Origin: Pseudomonadota bacterium
Lineage (GTDB): Bacteria; Bdellovibrionota; FAC87; UBA2466
DNA length: 27,281 nucleotides
Reading direction: 5' to 3'
Assembly (NCBI GenBank): GCA_043718025.1
Contig: JAYSWN010000121.1
Coordinates: 1 to 27,281, forward strand
A model generated the notes under the pieces. It saw only the letters and a program-made list of their open reading frames with translations. It was not told the origin of the DNA and made no database searches. Below, in pieces: positions 16,280-24,802 of this stretch. Numbering within the stretch: the first letter of the stretch is position 1; each line of letters starts with the position of its first letter. The translations under genes and the position numbers were made by a program.

Positions 16280-18523
16280 ATGGGTTTTCCAAAGACTAAA
16301 AAAATTGGGCTTTCTGACATCAAGACGGTTAGACGCACGGGTGATGATAAAAAGGACTTTAGCTATTCACAGAGTGGCAAAATCATCCGGATTAATGCCA
16401 ATCATTTTGGAGAGCACCCAAAATTTCAAACATTCCAGTTCACCTGGAGTCCCCTCGCCCCAAAATGGGTCAATAAATATCAAACCCTAGGTTACCGGTT
16501 TACTGGACCTGTACTTCACCGGATCAATTTTAGTAAAGGCCGTGGCGGGATTTCTATTTTCATAAGAGCCCAAACGACGGATCTTGCCTCGGCTAGTCGT
16601 GTGTATCTGAAAATCAAATGCACGACACGTGAATGTGAGAGATGGTTCTTTAGGAGGGTGGCGAGTCTCAAAGTCAGCCAGGTTTTATGCAGTGACTGCG
16701 GCAAACTTGTCCGAGGAAAAAAGCGGCAGAGAAGTGTTGAGAAGGTCGAGAAACAATACGGGATTAGAATACTAAGCTATGCCGTGATGAATGGAATGTC
16801 TGAATTCATCACTGTCGAATCCATTAAACGCGTGGAAAAGATACTGAACAGACCGATTTTATCGGTCTGGCCCCAGCTTTCACTTAGTACCAAAAGAGCC
16901 TTGATGGGCGATTACATCGTCAGGCAAGGCATCGGAAGTATGATTCAACGCGGAATCTCATCCTCCCCAGCGGCGCGCCGAGCGAAATGGCAGATATTCT
17001 ATGACAAAATTTGCGGTGAACTTGATGGAAGAGAGGAACGTTTTGTTTCGAAAGACGGAAATCGACGTTCGGTTGACTGTGAAACATCCCGATACGTTTT
17101 AGAGTTAAAGAACGATATAGGCCGGATTCTTAGGGGTGCTACGCGTGATCTGCTAGCCATTGCGGACTACCGTGTATACGCGAGATCTCGCGGGAAGGCA
17201 TTTTTCGTTCTGGTAAACCAGCCCAGTCGGCTGATCCAACAGAGTTCACTACCAAAATATTATTTGGGCAGAGAGCACTGGGGCAAAGTAGGAGTCTCAC
17301 AAAGAACGGCGAAAACATGCGAGGAACTTCAAGCCCACCCAGAACGCTTTAACCTGGATAAGCCCAGAACTCGCGAATGCCAGAGAATTGTTGATACCCT
17401 CCATTCGGAGTGCAAGCGTCGGGAGACTTTTCCGTCGGCCGATGAACTAAGGGCCATTTGTTTTATGAAAATGGGGAAGCGGTATTCGTACGGCAAAATT
17501 TGCATGGCTATTGACCCTGCCTGTCGCATTCTTTCCATAGTACAGATAAGGGAACGTCTTAAACTTAAGGGAATTCCTTTTCGAAAATCAGGGGACGGTC
17601 TACCGCACAAGGGGAAATTCTTCTTTTTCAATAAACGATGGTACACGGCCCAGGAACTTATCCAGCTACTAACCGGTGAAAAAGGTTCGGATTGGTTAAG
17701 GACTCTACTCTCGAACTCGAAACGCTCTGGGGTAGGGCAAATCCGTTTATCCCAAAAAAGTGTGTTTGAATTTACAACTCATAAAAATCCGTTTCCTCGA
17801 AAGTATTGGGGGGAAAACGTTGCGAGGGCTTCACATTATCAGTCTGGGGTGCAGCAGTTTGTAGAATTTCGGGGTAAGGTGTTTTCCTTTAAATCCTTTG
17901 TTAAGACAGTTTCCAAATCTGGGGATGCCAGTTGTGTGAATACGCTTTTGGCTAGATCTAAAAATGTTTACGTTAAAACATTGATTCCAAAGGATGGTGA
18001 GATTCTCCGCCAGGGCAAGCCCAATTCTTTCAGGCATGAAGTACGTGGAAAAAAAATAACACGCATTGGACACGGAAAGTGGAAGCTAGGTAATCAACTA
18101 ATTGATAGCAAAAAACTATTAGTCAGGTTAACTGGCGTTAAATACGAATCGCTGGCCCAACGTTTTAAAATATCGCCTGGGCGCGGCTTTGTGATTCCGA
18201 CCAACGAAACCTTTTCCCGTCTGGCCCCAAACCCGTTTCGGGCGCCCTTCCGAGGCAAATCATTTCGCTTGATGAAGGCCAGTGAAACTCCGGCGTTCTT
18301 CCTTGGAAGAATACCCATTAAGGATAAGAAGGCTCTCCAGAATGAACTGAGGATTTCGAACACGCAATATTACTATTGGTTCGCACGATCTAATTCAAAA
18401 AAGACATCGTTTAAAATCCCTTCAACAGAACAATCCGGGAGCCATAAATTCTTAAACCCCATCAAAAAACGTTACCGCGGAATGGTAGTCAAACTGGCCG
18501 AAAATACTCTTGCTAGAAAGTAA
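16280..18523 (+). CDS. large basic hypothetical protein with Zn-ribbon, PD-(D/E)xK-like motif and four C-terminal repeats
   Basis: 747-aa open frame; CTTREC and CSDCG; VDCETSRYVLELK; four repeats ending NP(F/I)xxxxxG (NSF in one). Confidence 0.7.
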   Translation: MGFPKTKKIGLSDIKTVRRTGDDKKDFSYSQSGKIIRINANHFGEHPKFQTFQFTWSPLAPKWVNKYQTLGYRFTGPVLHRINFSKGRGGISIFIRAQTTDLASASRVYLKIKCTTRECERWFFRRVASLKVSQVLCSDCGKLVRGKKRQRSVEKVEKQYGIRILSYAVMNGMSEFITVESIKRVEKILNRPILSVWPQLSLSTKRALMGDYIVRQGIGSMIQRGISSSPAARRAKWQIFYDKICGELDGREERFVSKDGNRRSVDCETSRYVLELKNDIGRILRGATRDLLAIADYRVYARSRGKAFFVLVNQPSRLIQQSSLPKYYLGREHWGKVGVSQRTAKTCEELQAHPERFNLDKPRTRECQRIVDTLHSECKRRETFPSADELRAICFMKMGKRYSYGKICMAIDPACRILSIVQIRERLKLKGIPFRKSGDGLPHKGKFFFFNKRWYTAQELIQLLTGEKGSDWLRTLLSNSKRSGVGQIRLSQKSVFEFTTHKNPFPRKYWGENVARASHYQSGVQQFVEFRGKVFSFKSFVKTVSKSGDASCVNTLLARSKNVYVKTLIPKDGEILRQGKPNSFRHEVRGKKITRIGHGKWKLGNQLIDSKKLLVRLTGVKYESLAQRFKISPGRGFVIPTNETFSRLAPNPFRAPFRGKSFRLMKASETPAFFLGRIPIKDKKALQNELRISNTQYYYWFARSNSKKTSFKIPSTEQSGSHKFLNPIKKRYRGMVVKLAENTLARK

Positions 18524-18527
18524 AATA

Positions 18528-18548
18528 ATGGACTTCCCATGGACTTCC
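18528..18548. repeat. tandem 10-bp repeat next to the tRNA 3' end (putative arm-type site)
   Basis: ATGGACTTCC at 18528-18537 and 18539-18548. Confidence 0.55.
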
Positions 18549-18593
18549 GACCTTTCACGGCCTTTCTCTAATTCGCTAAGTGTTTGATTTAAA

Positions 18594-18670
18594 TGGTGGG
18601 CGCCATAGGGCTCGAACCTATGACCTCCGCCGTGTGAAGGCGGCGCTCTAACCAACTGAGCTAGGCGCCC
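18594..18670 (-). tRNA. tRNA-Val (anticodon CAC)
   Basis: GGGCGCCTAGCTCAGTTGGTTAGAGCGCCGCCTTCACACGGCGGAGGTCATAGGTTCGAGCCCTATGGCGCCCACCA; full cloverleaf, 77 nt, encoded CCA. Confidence 0.98.
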
Positions 18671-18879
18671 GTGAGAAAAGCATAAACTTTCTAATCTTTG
18701 AAAATCTGGATGAAAGGCACCAGCCTCAAAAACGACCTAATAGGTAACACTAAGCACCTAAGAACTTAAGCGAAAAATCAGCCCTTTGGCTAAGTATGGA
18801 CGACTATAAATCCCCGTATGACCCACCCAGCCTTGAACAGCGGGGCGTAAAGCCTTACCGATGTTCTTCTGGGGGAAAC

Positions 18880-19503
18880 TTGAAAAATTTAAAAACGTTC
18901 GGAATTTTAACCATTTTTGCGCTGTTTTTTGCCACGCCGTTCACTCACGCCATGGACGAAGGGGCTTACAGTAAAAAAAGTCGCGAGCTTCTGCTTGATC
19001 TGGCGATCTTAAAATTTCAGGGACTGAGCAACACGGCCGGCTACCGATCTAGGGCTCTTAGCGCCAGGGTAAATCGCTACCAGAAGCTGCACGAAAAGAA
19101 GGTGATTTCCGGACGGGAGTTCCGAAGCACCGTAAACGAAAGCCGGCTGGCCGATCTTGCGATCGAAGAGGCCTCGCACCAAGTCGAAGCCGCGCAGCTC
19201 GAGAAGGCCGTCTATCTCAATGAAAATGGCGGTAAAGAAGACCCCGCGGTAACCAAAGACCTCTACGGAAGGATCTGGAAAAACCGCGTCGCCATGGCCG
19301 AAACCAGTCTCGCCATCGCCAAAGTACACGCCGTCCACCAACAATGGGAAACCGACGTGATGCATAAACTCGTAAAAGTTTCGGCAGCCAACCCCGAAGT
19401 CATTCCCGAGACCGAGCTGGAAAATGAGGCCGCCAAGGCCGCCGTCGCGGCTAAAGAGGCCGAATTGAAATTGTTGAGCCAGACGCCGCCTCAAGTGCTT
19501 TAG
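18880..19503 (+). CDS. secreted alpha-helical/coiled-coil protein
   Basis: TTG 18880 after GGGGGA gives signal peptide MKNLKTFGILTIFALFFATPFTHA (track start 18796); RYQKLHEKKVISGREF resembles an HlyD-type hairpin tip. Confidence 0.75.
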   Translation: MKNLKTFGILTIFALFFATPFTHAMDEGAYSKKSRELLLDLAILKFQGLSNTAGYRSRALSARVNRYQKLHEKKVISGREFRSTVNESRLADLAIEEASHQVEAAQLEKAVYLNENGGKEDPAVTKDLYGRIWKNRVAMAETSLAIAKVHAVHQQWETDVMHKLVKVSAANPEVIPETELENEAAKAAVAAKEAELKLLSQTPPQVL

Positions 19504-19529
19504 TTTTTGGTTTTACTGGATAAGCTTTG

Positions 19530-19560
19530 AGCGGTCGCCCGATGGGCGGCCGCTTTTTCT
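19530..19560 (+). terminator. rho-independent terminator
   Basis: AGCGGTCGCCC-GAT-GGGCGGCCGCT stem followed by TTTTCT. Confidence 0.85.
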
Positions 19561-19708
19561 ATGCGGAATGTCATATCTTTAGTTTTCAAATGCTTACCCT
19601 CATTTCTCACGTCGCATTATTTCATTTAGTTTTTAGCGCTTAATTCCGAAAAGTAATTGTCGACCCCCTAGCAAAAAATGGGGTCAAAAATCCTTTTGGG
19701 AATACCGT

Positions 19709-20536
19709 ATGGCCAAAGTCGCCTATTTGATGGAAAGTGAACGCGAAGCCGAACGACTTCTTGTAAAAGGAGATCGCAAAAGCACACACGAACAACTCCT
19801 ACTTACCGGCTTTTCAAAGCTACCAACGGGCGCGCATATTGTAGATGCTGGCAGCGGCGCCGGCTTTGTTTCCGAAATAATGGCCGATACCGCCACCCAA
19901 TCCAATAATCCGATTCACCTTACACTGCTAGATGGATCGCGGCCCCGTCTCGATGTTGCCCAATCAAAAATAAAATTCTACGAATCTATCACCGCCGAAT
20001 ACATAAACTGCGACCTAGCCAAAATTCCTCTAAAAGATTCGTGCGTGGATTACGTCTTCTGCCGTTTCGTATTCGAATACCTGGAATCCCCGGAAACTGT
20101 CTTTCAAGAGCTCTTGAGAATTACCAAGCCCGGTGGCCGTCTAGTAATCGGCGACCTCGACTACAATTGTTTGTCTCACTATCCGCTTGCTCCAGACTTA
20201 GAAGAGCAGCTCAAATGGATGATGAATCATCTGCAATCAAAAAAGCTTTTAGACCCTTACGCCGGTCGAAAAATCTATTCCTATTTTTACAAATATAAAC
20301 TAACCGCCGTGAAGCCCCACCTGATTGCCCATCACCTTTTCTGCGGAAAATTATCCGAAGAAGACCGATTCAATTGGGAGGCTAAACTCCTGCAGATTGA
20401 AGAGCTCACCGAAAAGAAAGTCATTTCCGCGCCTTTCAATGTCCATGAATTTAAAACTCGCTTTATGCAATTTCTCGAATCCCCCGATCGCTTTACTTAC
20501 ACGCCGTTGATTTTAGTTGAAGGAGTCAAGCCGTGA
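19709..20536 (+). CDS. class I SAM-dependent methyltransferase
   Basis: HIVDAGSGAG, LLDGS, IPLKDSCVDYVFCRFVFEYL, RITKPGGRLVIGDLD. Confidence 0.92.
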   Translation: MAKVAYLMESEREAERLLVKGDRKSTHEQLLLTGFSKLPTGAHIVDAGSGAGFVSEIMADTATQSNNPIHLTLLDGSRPRLDVAQSKIKFYESITAEYINCDLAKIPLKDSCVDYVFCRFVFEYLESPETVFQELLRITKPGGRLVIGDLDYNCLSHYPLAPDLEEQLKWMMNHLQSKKLLDPYAGRKIYSYFYKYKLTAVKPHLIAHHLFCGKLSEEDRFNWEAKLLQIEELTEKKVISAPFNVHEFKTRFMQFLESPDRFTYTPLILVEGVKP

Positions 20537-22635
20537 GCCAACGAAAACCAGAATCGCCCATAGCAAAAGCTCTCGAGTACGCCATTTTTTCGAACAACCC
20601 TGTCCACGTCTATTTAGACCAGAACGACAAGCAGGTGGTTCGCCTTCGAGTCACCGATATTTTCCCGGATAGTTTTGAAGGGGAACTCACTTTGGACTTG
20701 CCGGTTCATTTACAGAAGAAGCTTGATGAGAACAGCACCATCAAAATGAGTATCGAATACAAAAGACAGATTTTTGTTTTTGACACGACCCGCATTCGCT
20801 CGGAGTCCAATCGTCACATATTTCTAAAACCAACTATCGCTTCGTTGAACAACCGGCGAGAATTTCCTAGGTTTGGATTGAGCGATTCTTCCACCGTCTA
20901 CGAAGTGGAGCTTACGGTCGAAGGCACGGGGGAAAGGACAACGTACCGAACAAATCACGTTTGCGACATCTCCCCAACCGCCCTTTCCATCTTTTTACCA
21001 CGCGATCACGGCGTCGTACTTCCGGGCGACGACGTCACGAAAATCACACTTAAGCTCAAGGATGCCATTGTTCTGGAAACTGAGGGCAAAATTCTACGGG
21101 TCAATACCAGCGATAAAGAGCGAATGCAGAATCACTATCTAGCGGTAGTTAGCTTAAACAATTCACAATTAAACGCGGTCCCGGCAACCTTTGACAAAGA
21201 TCGCCGAAGAGCCACTCGCGCTTATCTCCTGGAACAAAAATCAGCTTTCGTCTATTCCAAACATCCTCTTTGCTCCGACTTCGAGATCAAAGGGCCAATC
21301 GTCGATATTAGCAAATCAGGGATGTCCTTTTTAGCGTTAGCGAGCAAAGCCCCTTTGGTATCGGGCATGTTCATACCGCAGATCGAAATCCAACTGCCGA
21401 TGTACCCTAGGGAAATTGCCTCCGCCCGCGTCGTTTCCTGCAACGTAGTGACCGAAGGTGACGACAAACACCTCCGGGTACAATGCAAATTTGAAGCAGC
21501 AAGCCCCACGCTCCTGAAATCGATCAGCCAGGTTATTCAGGCCCAAGTGCAGCCCAATGTGGAAGACGCGACGTCTGAAGACTACGACCAACTATGGGAA
21601 TTCATGTTTGAGACCGGCTTTATTTACGGTGATAAACGAAAGCAGATTCAAGAATACGCTACCAAGACTTTCAACACTTACAAGAAGCTCTTAAAGGGAA
21701 ATTCTCCGATCGTAAAAAAAATACTCTTCAAAGACAAAACCGATGAGAGTATCCGTGGTCACATTTCGGCGATTCGCTTTTACGACAATGCTTGGTTAAT
21801 CCAGCATTTGAATGCGCTCAAATCAAAGGATTCTGCCTCGGCCGCCCAAGGCGTGCTCACCGCAATTACCGAGTTTTTTAAAGACCACCACGCCAATAAA
21901 ATGCGCGGCCACAACTTCGTTACGTGTTTCTATCGCCCAGACAACCTTTATCCGACCATCGTTTTTGGCGAGGCAAAAAAATACATCAACAATATCGACA
22001 TATGTGACACTGAGGATTTTGATTTCTGCCTTCTCGCCGAGAAAATTCAATCGGCCCCGCCTATCTCGTTGATAGCCGGCCTAAACTGTCGTGAGGCAAC
22101 CGAAAAAGACCTGCATCATCTAGAAGACCTTTTGATTGAGAAGAAACGCTTTAAAGAACTTCGCGTCGAGGGCCTAACCGCAAGTGGCGCTACGAACCTG
22201 AACGTGTCGAAGTCTTTCGAAGAGATGGGGCTATACCGATTTCGTCGAGTTTTTGTGGCCTCAGACGAGAACGACGGCAATGCTATCTTTGCCGTTTGCA
22301 ACTACGGCTCTCCAGGGCTTAACCTTTCTGAGTTAACAAACTCTTTTCGTCTCTTTTGCACCTCTGAAGAATCAGCAATCCAACAAAGACTGGCTGATTT
22401 TGTGGTGCCCGACGTTCTGAAATCGTACCAAGAGACCGAGCTGACTAGACCGACCCTTTTGTTGCAAGCAGCTCAACCCACTCCGATGCAATACACTCGT
22501 TCGAGGGTCTATCGCCACTGGATCATGAACACCGCGCACGTACCACTATTTAAAATAGCATGTGACCAAACCTTCGCGAATCTCAAGGAGCTTGTTCATA
22601 AATACATGAATGAAAATGCAAAAGCAGTCGGATAA
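20533..22635 (+). CDS. double PilZ-domain protein with a C-terminal GNAT-like region
   Basis: RREFPR...DISPTA and RRATR...DISKSG (PilZ RxxxR and DxSxxG). C-terminal EDATSEDYDQLWEF...IRGHISAIRF...WLIQHL...CFYRPDN, and a second REATEKDLHHLEDL unit. Confidence 0.8.
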   Translation: MSQRKPESPIAKALEYAIFSNNPVHVYLDQNDKQVVRLRVTDIFPDSFEGELTLDLPVHLQKKLDENSTIKMSIEYKRQIFVFDTTRIRSESNRHIFLKPTIASLNNRREFPRFGLSDSSTVYEVELTVEGTGERTTYRTNHVCDISPTALSIFLPRDHGVVLPGDDVTKITLKLKDAIVLETEGKILRVNTSDKERMQNHYLAVVSLNNSQLNAVPATFDKDRRRATRAYLLEQKSAFVYSKHPLCSDFEIKGPIVDISKSGMSFLALASKAPLVSGMFIPQIEIQLPMYPREIASARVVSCNVVTEGDDKHLRVQCKFEAASPTLLKSISQVIQAQVQPNVEDATSEDYDQLWEFMFETGFIYGDKRKQIQEYATKTFNTYKKLLKGNSPIVKKILFKDKTDESIRGHISAIRFYDNAWLIQHLNALKSKDSASAAQGVLTAITEFFKDHHANKMRGHNFVTCFYRPDNLYPTIVFGEAKKYINNIDICDTEDFDFCLLAEKIQSAPPISLIAGLNCREATEKDLHHLEDLLIEKKRFKELRVEGLTASGATNLNVSKSFEEMGLYRFRRVFVASDENDGNAIFAVCNYGSPGLNLSELTNSFRLFCTSEESAIQQRLADFVVPDVLKSYQETELTRPTLLLQAAQPTPMQYTRSRVYRHWIMNTAHVPLFKIACDQTFANLKELVHKYMNENAKAVG

Positions 22636-24682
22636 TCAAAAGCGCAATCCATATAACATTAAGATTCTGCGCAACTTTGTTGTCTATTTCCGCGAACGTT
22701 TGGGTTGGTCTGACCTCGAGATAGAAGAGGTTTTCGAGAATTGCGGATCACACCTTTCCGTCATCCATTCGGACGACAACTGGTTCAATCAGGACTTTTC
22801 AGACCGCTTTTACGCACAGGCGGTTGAGAAATCGAAAGATGAAAAACTCGCGTACAAAGTAGCCGTATTCAACCTCTCTCATGCTACAAGAGGCATTGGT
22901 GGCCGGTTGGTACAAGGTTCTCTCTCTCCGGAAATTGCCTTCCGCAACATTCAAAAGATTGCAAAAGCCTATACCAACGCTTCCTACTACGAGCCAATTT
23001 CGGTAAGCGGAGGCAAAGCGGTAATCCGCTCTTTTGTTGCCAAAGGATATGAAGAACGGCCCTACCAATGTCTGAATCGACTTGGCATGCTTGAAAGTGC
23101 ACCGGCTTTTTTTGGTTGTTCGAATATTTCCACTATCCACGAACGATGCCTGCATAAGGGAGACAGCTTCTGTGAATACACTATTACTTGGCTGCAACCG
23201 CTAAAGAGCAAACCCATTCCACTTGCGGGCGGGGTGGCTATCGCGACACTAGCAATCTTGCTATTGCTCAGCAAAAGCACCGCCATTGCGATACTCGGAG
23301 CCTTTGGCGCGGGTATGACCGTCTATCAGGTGCTTCGAGAGATCTTTCTTTCTGAGATCAAGAGGATTCTGGATGAACAAAATATCGGACTTGAAGAGTC
23401 CTTAAAAATTATTGGCCGAAGAAAGGACGAACAGATCCTACTGCGAAACATTATTAACATGACTTCTGAAATGATGCCGATCAATGAACTCTGCACGACT
23501 ACGGTCAATCTCATCCGCAAAGAAATGCAATATGACCGGGCAATTATGCTTCTCGTGGACAAAGAGAGTATGGTTCTCAAAATGCAGGCCTGTGCCGGTT
23601 TTGAAGACCACCTCACGGGCGTTCTAGAAAAAATTGAATTCAAAATTAGGCCGGACAACACCGACGGCTTTTTTATCCGCGTGGTGAATTCGAAACAACC
23701 GATTCTCGAGAGAGACGCCCAGGCCGCAATGGAAAGGCTGAGCGAGCGTAGTCGTGATTTCCTGGTGAAACTGGGCACCAAAGCATTTATTGCGGTGCCA
23801 ATCCTGTTTCGAGGGGAGGTGTTCGGCGTTCTTTCCGTTGAAAACACAGATGCGGCCAAACCTCTCACCACTAACGATCGGGACCTAATGTACAGCCTGG
23901 GGGAACACATCGCCGTGGCGATCTCAAATCGAATCAACTTCGAAGCCACTCTGGCGTCACTGCGTCGAACTCAAGAGCTTGAAGCAGAGCAACGCCAAGC
24001 AAAAGAGATTTTCGAACGTTACGTACCCACTGCCGTGCGCGACGAAACGCAGCTTGAGGTTAGAAAAAACCTTACCAGCCTCGATAATAAAATTATTACC
24101 GTTATGTTCATCGATTTAATCGGGTTCACTTCCTTGAGCGAAAAGATGGGTCCCCAAAGAGTAGCCGAATTACTGGGCGTGTATATCCGCTACATCAACG
24201 AAATTGTAATCAACACCGGAGGCCGCATTAATAAAATTATTGGCGACGGCCTAATGATCTATTTTGAAGAGGGCGAAGGTAGCGCAATTCGAACTGGCTT
24301 CGACATATTATTTGGTCTTCCGGTTTTGAATAAGAAATTGAAAAACCTTGGCTTCGAAGAGATTGCGATTGCCGTAGGTGCCCACAAGGGACCGTGTACC
24401 TTGGGTAGCATTGGATACGAGAAGCGACTGGATTATACGATTATTGGCGACACCGTTAACACTGCAGCGCGAATTGAGGCTAAGACCCGTGACTGGGGAC
24501 CAAACACGTTTTTGTTTTCCGCAAGTCTAATTCAAGAGGCGGAGGAATTCGTTTCGCTCTCCCGCGGCAGTATGAAATTGAAAGGCAAGGACATCGAAAT
24601 AGAGCTTTTTCAGCTGCTCTTCCCTAAGATCTTCGAGAAAAAGCAGTTAACCAAAGAAGAAAGAGAAGAAGAGGCAGCCTAA
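22610..24682 (+). CDS. class III adenylate cyclase with V4R/H-NOX-like sensor, TM hairpin and GAF domain
   Basis: Cyclase motifs VMFIDLIGFT, NKIIGDGLM, DYTIIGDTVNTAARIE. GAF motifs YDRAIMLL, AFIAVPI, GVLSVEN. N-terminal QCLNRLGMLE...HERCLHKGDSFCEYTITW (V4R). Confidence 0.9.
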   Translation: MKMQKQSDNQKRNPYNIKILRNFVVYFRERLGWSDLEIEEVFENCGSHLSVIHSDDNWFNQDFSDRFYAQAVEKSKDEKLAYKVAVFNLSHATRGIGGRLVQGSLSPEIAFRNIQKIAKAYTNASYYEPISVSGGKAVIRSFVAKGYEERPYQCLNRLGMLESAPAFFGCSNISTIHERCLHKGDSFCEYTITWLQPLKSKPIPLAGGVAIATLAILLLLSKSTAIAILGAFGAGMTVYQVLREIFLSEIKRILDEQNIGLEESLKIIGRRKDEQILLRNIINMTSEMMPINELCTTTVNLIRKEMQYDRAIMLLVDKESMVLKMQACAGFEDHLTGVLEKIEFKIRPDNTDGFFIRVVNSKQPILERDAQAAMERLSERSRDFLVKLGTKAFIAVPILFRGEVFGVLSVENTDAAKPLTTNDRDLMYSLGEHIAVAISNRINFEATLASLRRTQELEAEQRQAKEIFERYVPTAVRDETQLEVRKNLTSLDNKIITVMFIDLIGFTSLSEKMGPQRVAELLGVYIRYINEIVINTGGRINKIIGDGLMIYFEEGEGSAIRTGFDILFGLPVLNKKLKNLGFEEIAIAVGAHKGPCTLGSIGYEKRLDYTIIGDTVNTAARIEAKTRDWGPNTFLFSASLIQEAEEFVSLSRGSMKLKGKDIEIELFQLLFPKIFEKKQLTKEEREEEAA

Positions 24683-24802
24683 CAAAGGAGTTCCTTCCGC
24701 CTCGAACCTCCCCCACTTAAGGAGTAAGGAGTTTGCGGTACAAGGCCGAAGAGTTTGTGTGTCTGCCGCGGGGAAGCATCAACGCGAGATCATGGAGACT
24801 TA

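Larger units (their letters stand above)
4452..18643. mobile_element. tandem genomic islands integrated at tRNA-Val (4452-8934 and 8903-18643), no integrase gene recognised
   Basis: Three co-oriented copies of the tRNA 3' part, arm-like repeats, TA-rich cargo and pseudogenes. Confidence 0.75.

Noticed and set aside
16280..18523. 747-aa ORF as the island integrase or an RNA-guided nuclease (TnpB/Cas12/IscB)
   Set aside because: I find no tyrosine-recombinase R-HxxR-Y set, no serine-recombinase N-terminal motif, no RuvC I-III or HNH motifs, and no adjacent array.
18740..18751. ATAGGTAACACT matching the IS481 end motif, upstream of the tRNA
   Set aside because: Single 12-bp match with no second copy or IS sequence nearby; probably chance.
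19009..23949. Minus-strand ORFs 19009-19494, 22799-23197 and 23326-23949
   Set aside because: Antisense to strongly supported genes.
24683..24800. Possible cyclic-dinucleotide riboswitch after the cyclase
   Set aside because: No GEMM-type conserved motifs or convincing stems are visible.
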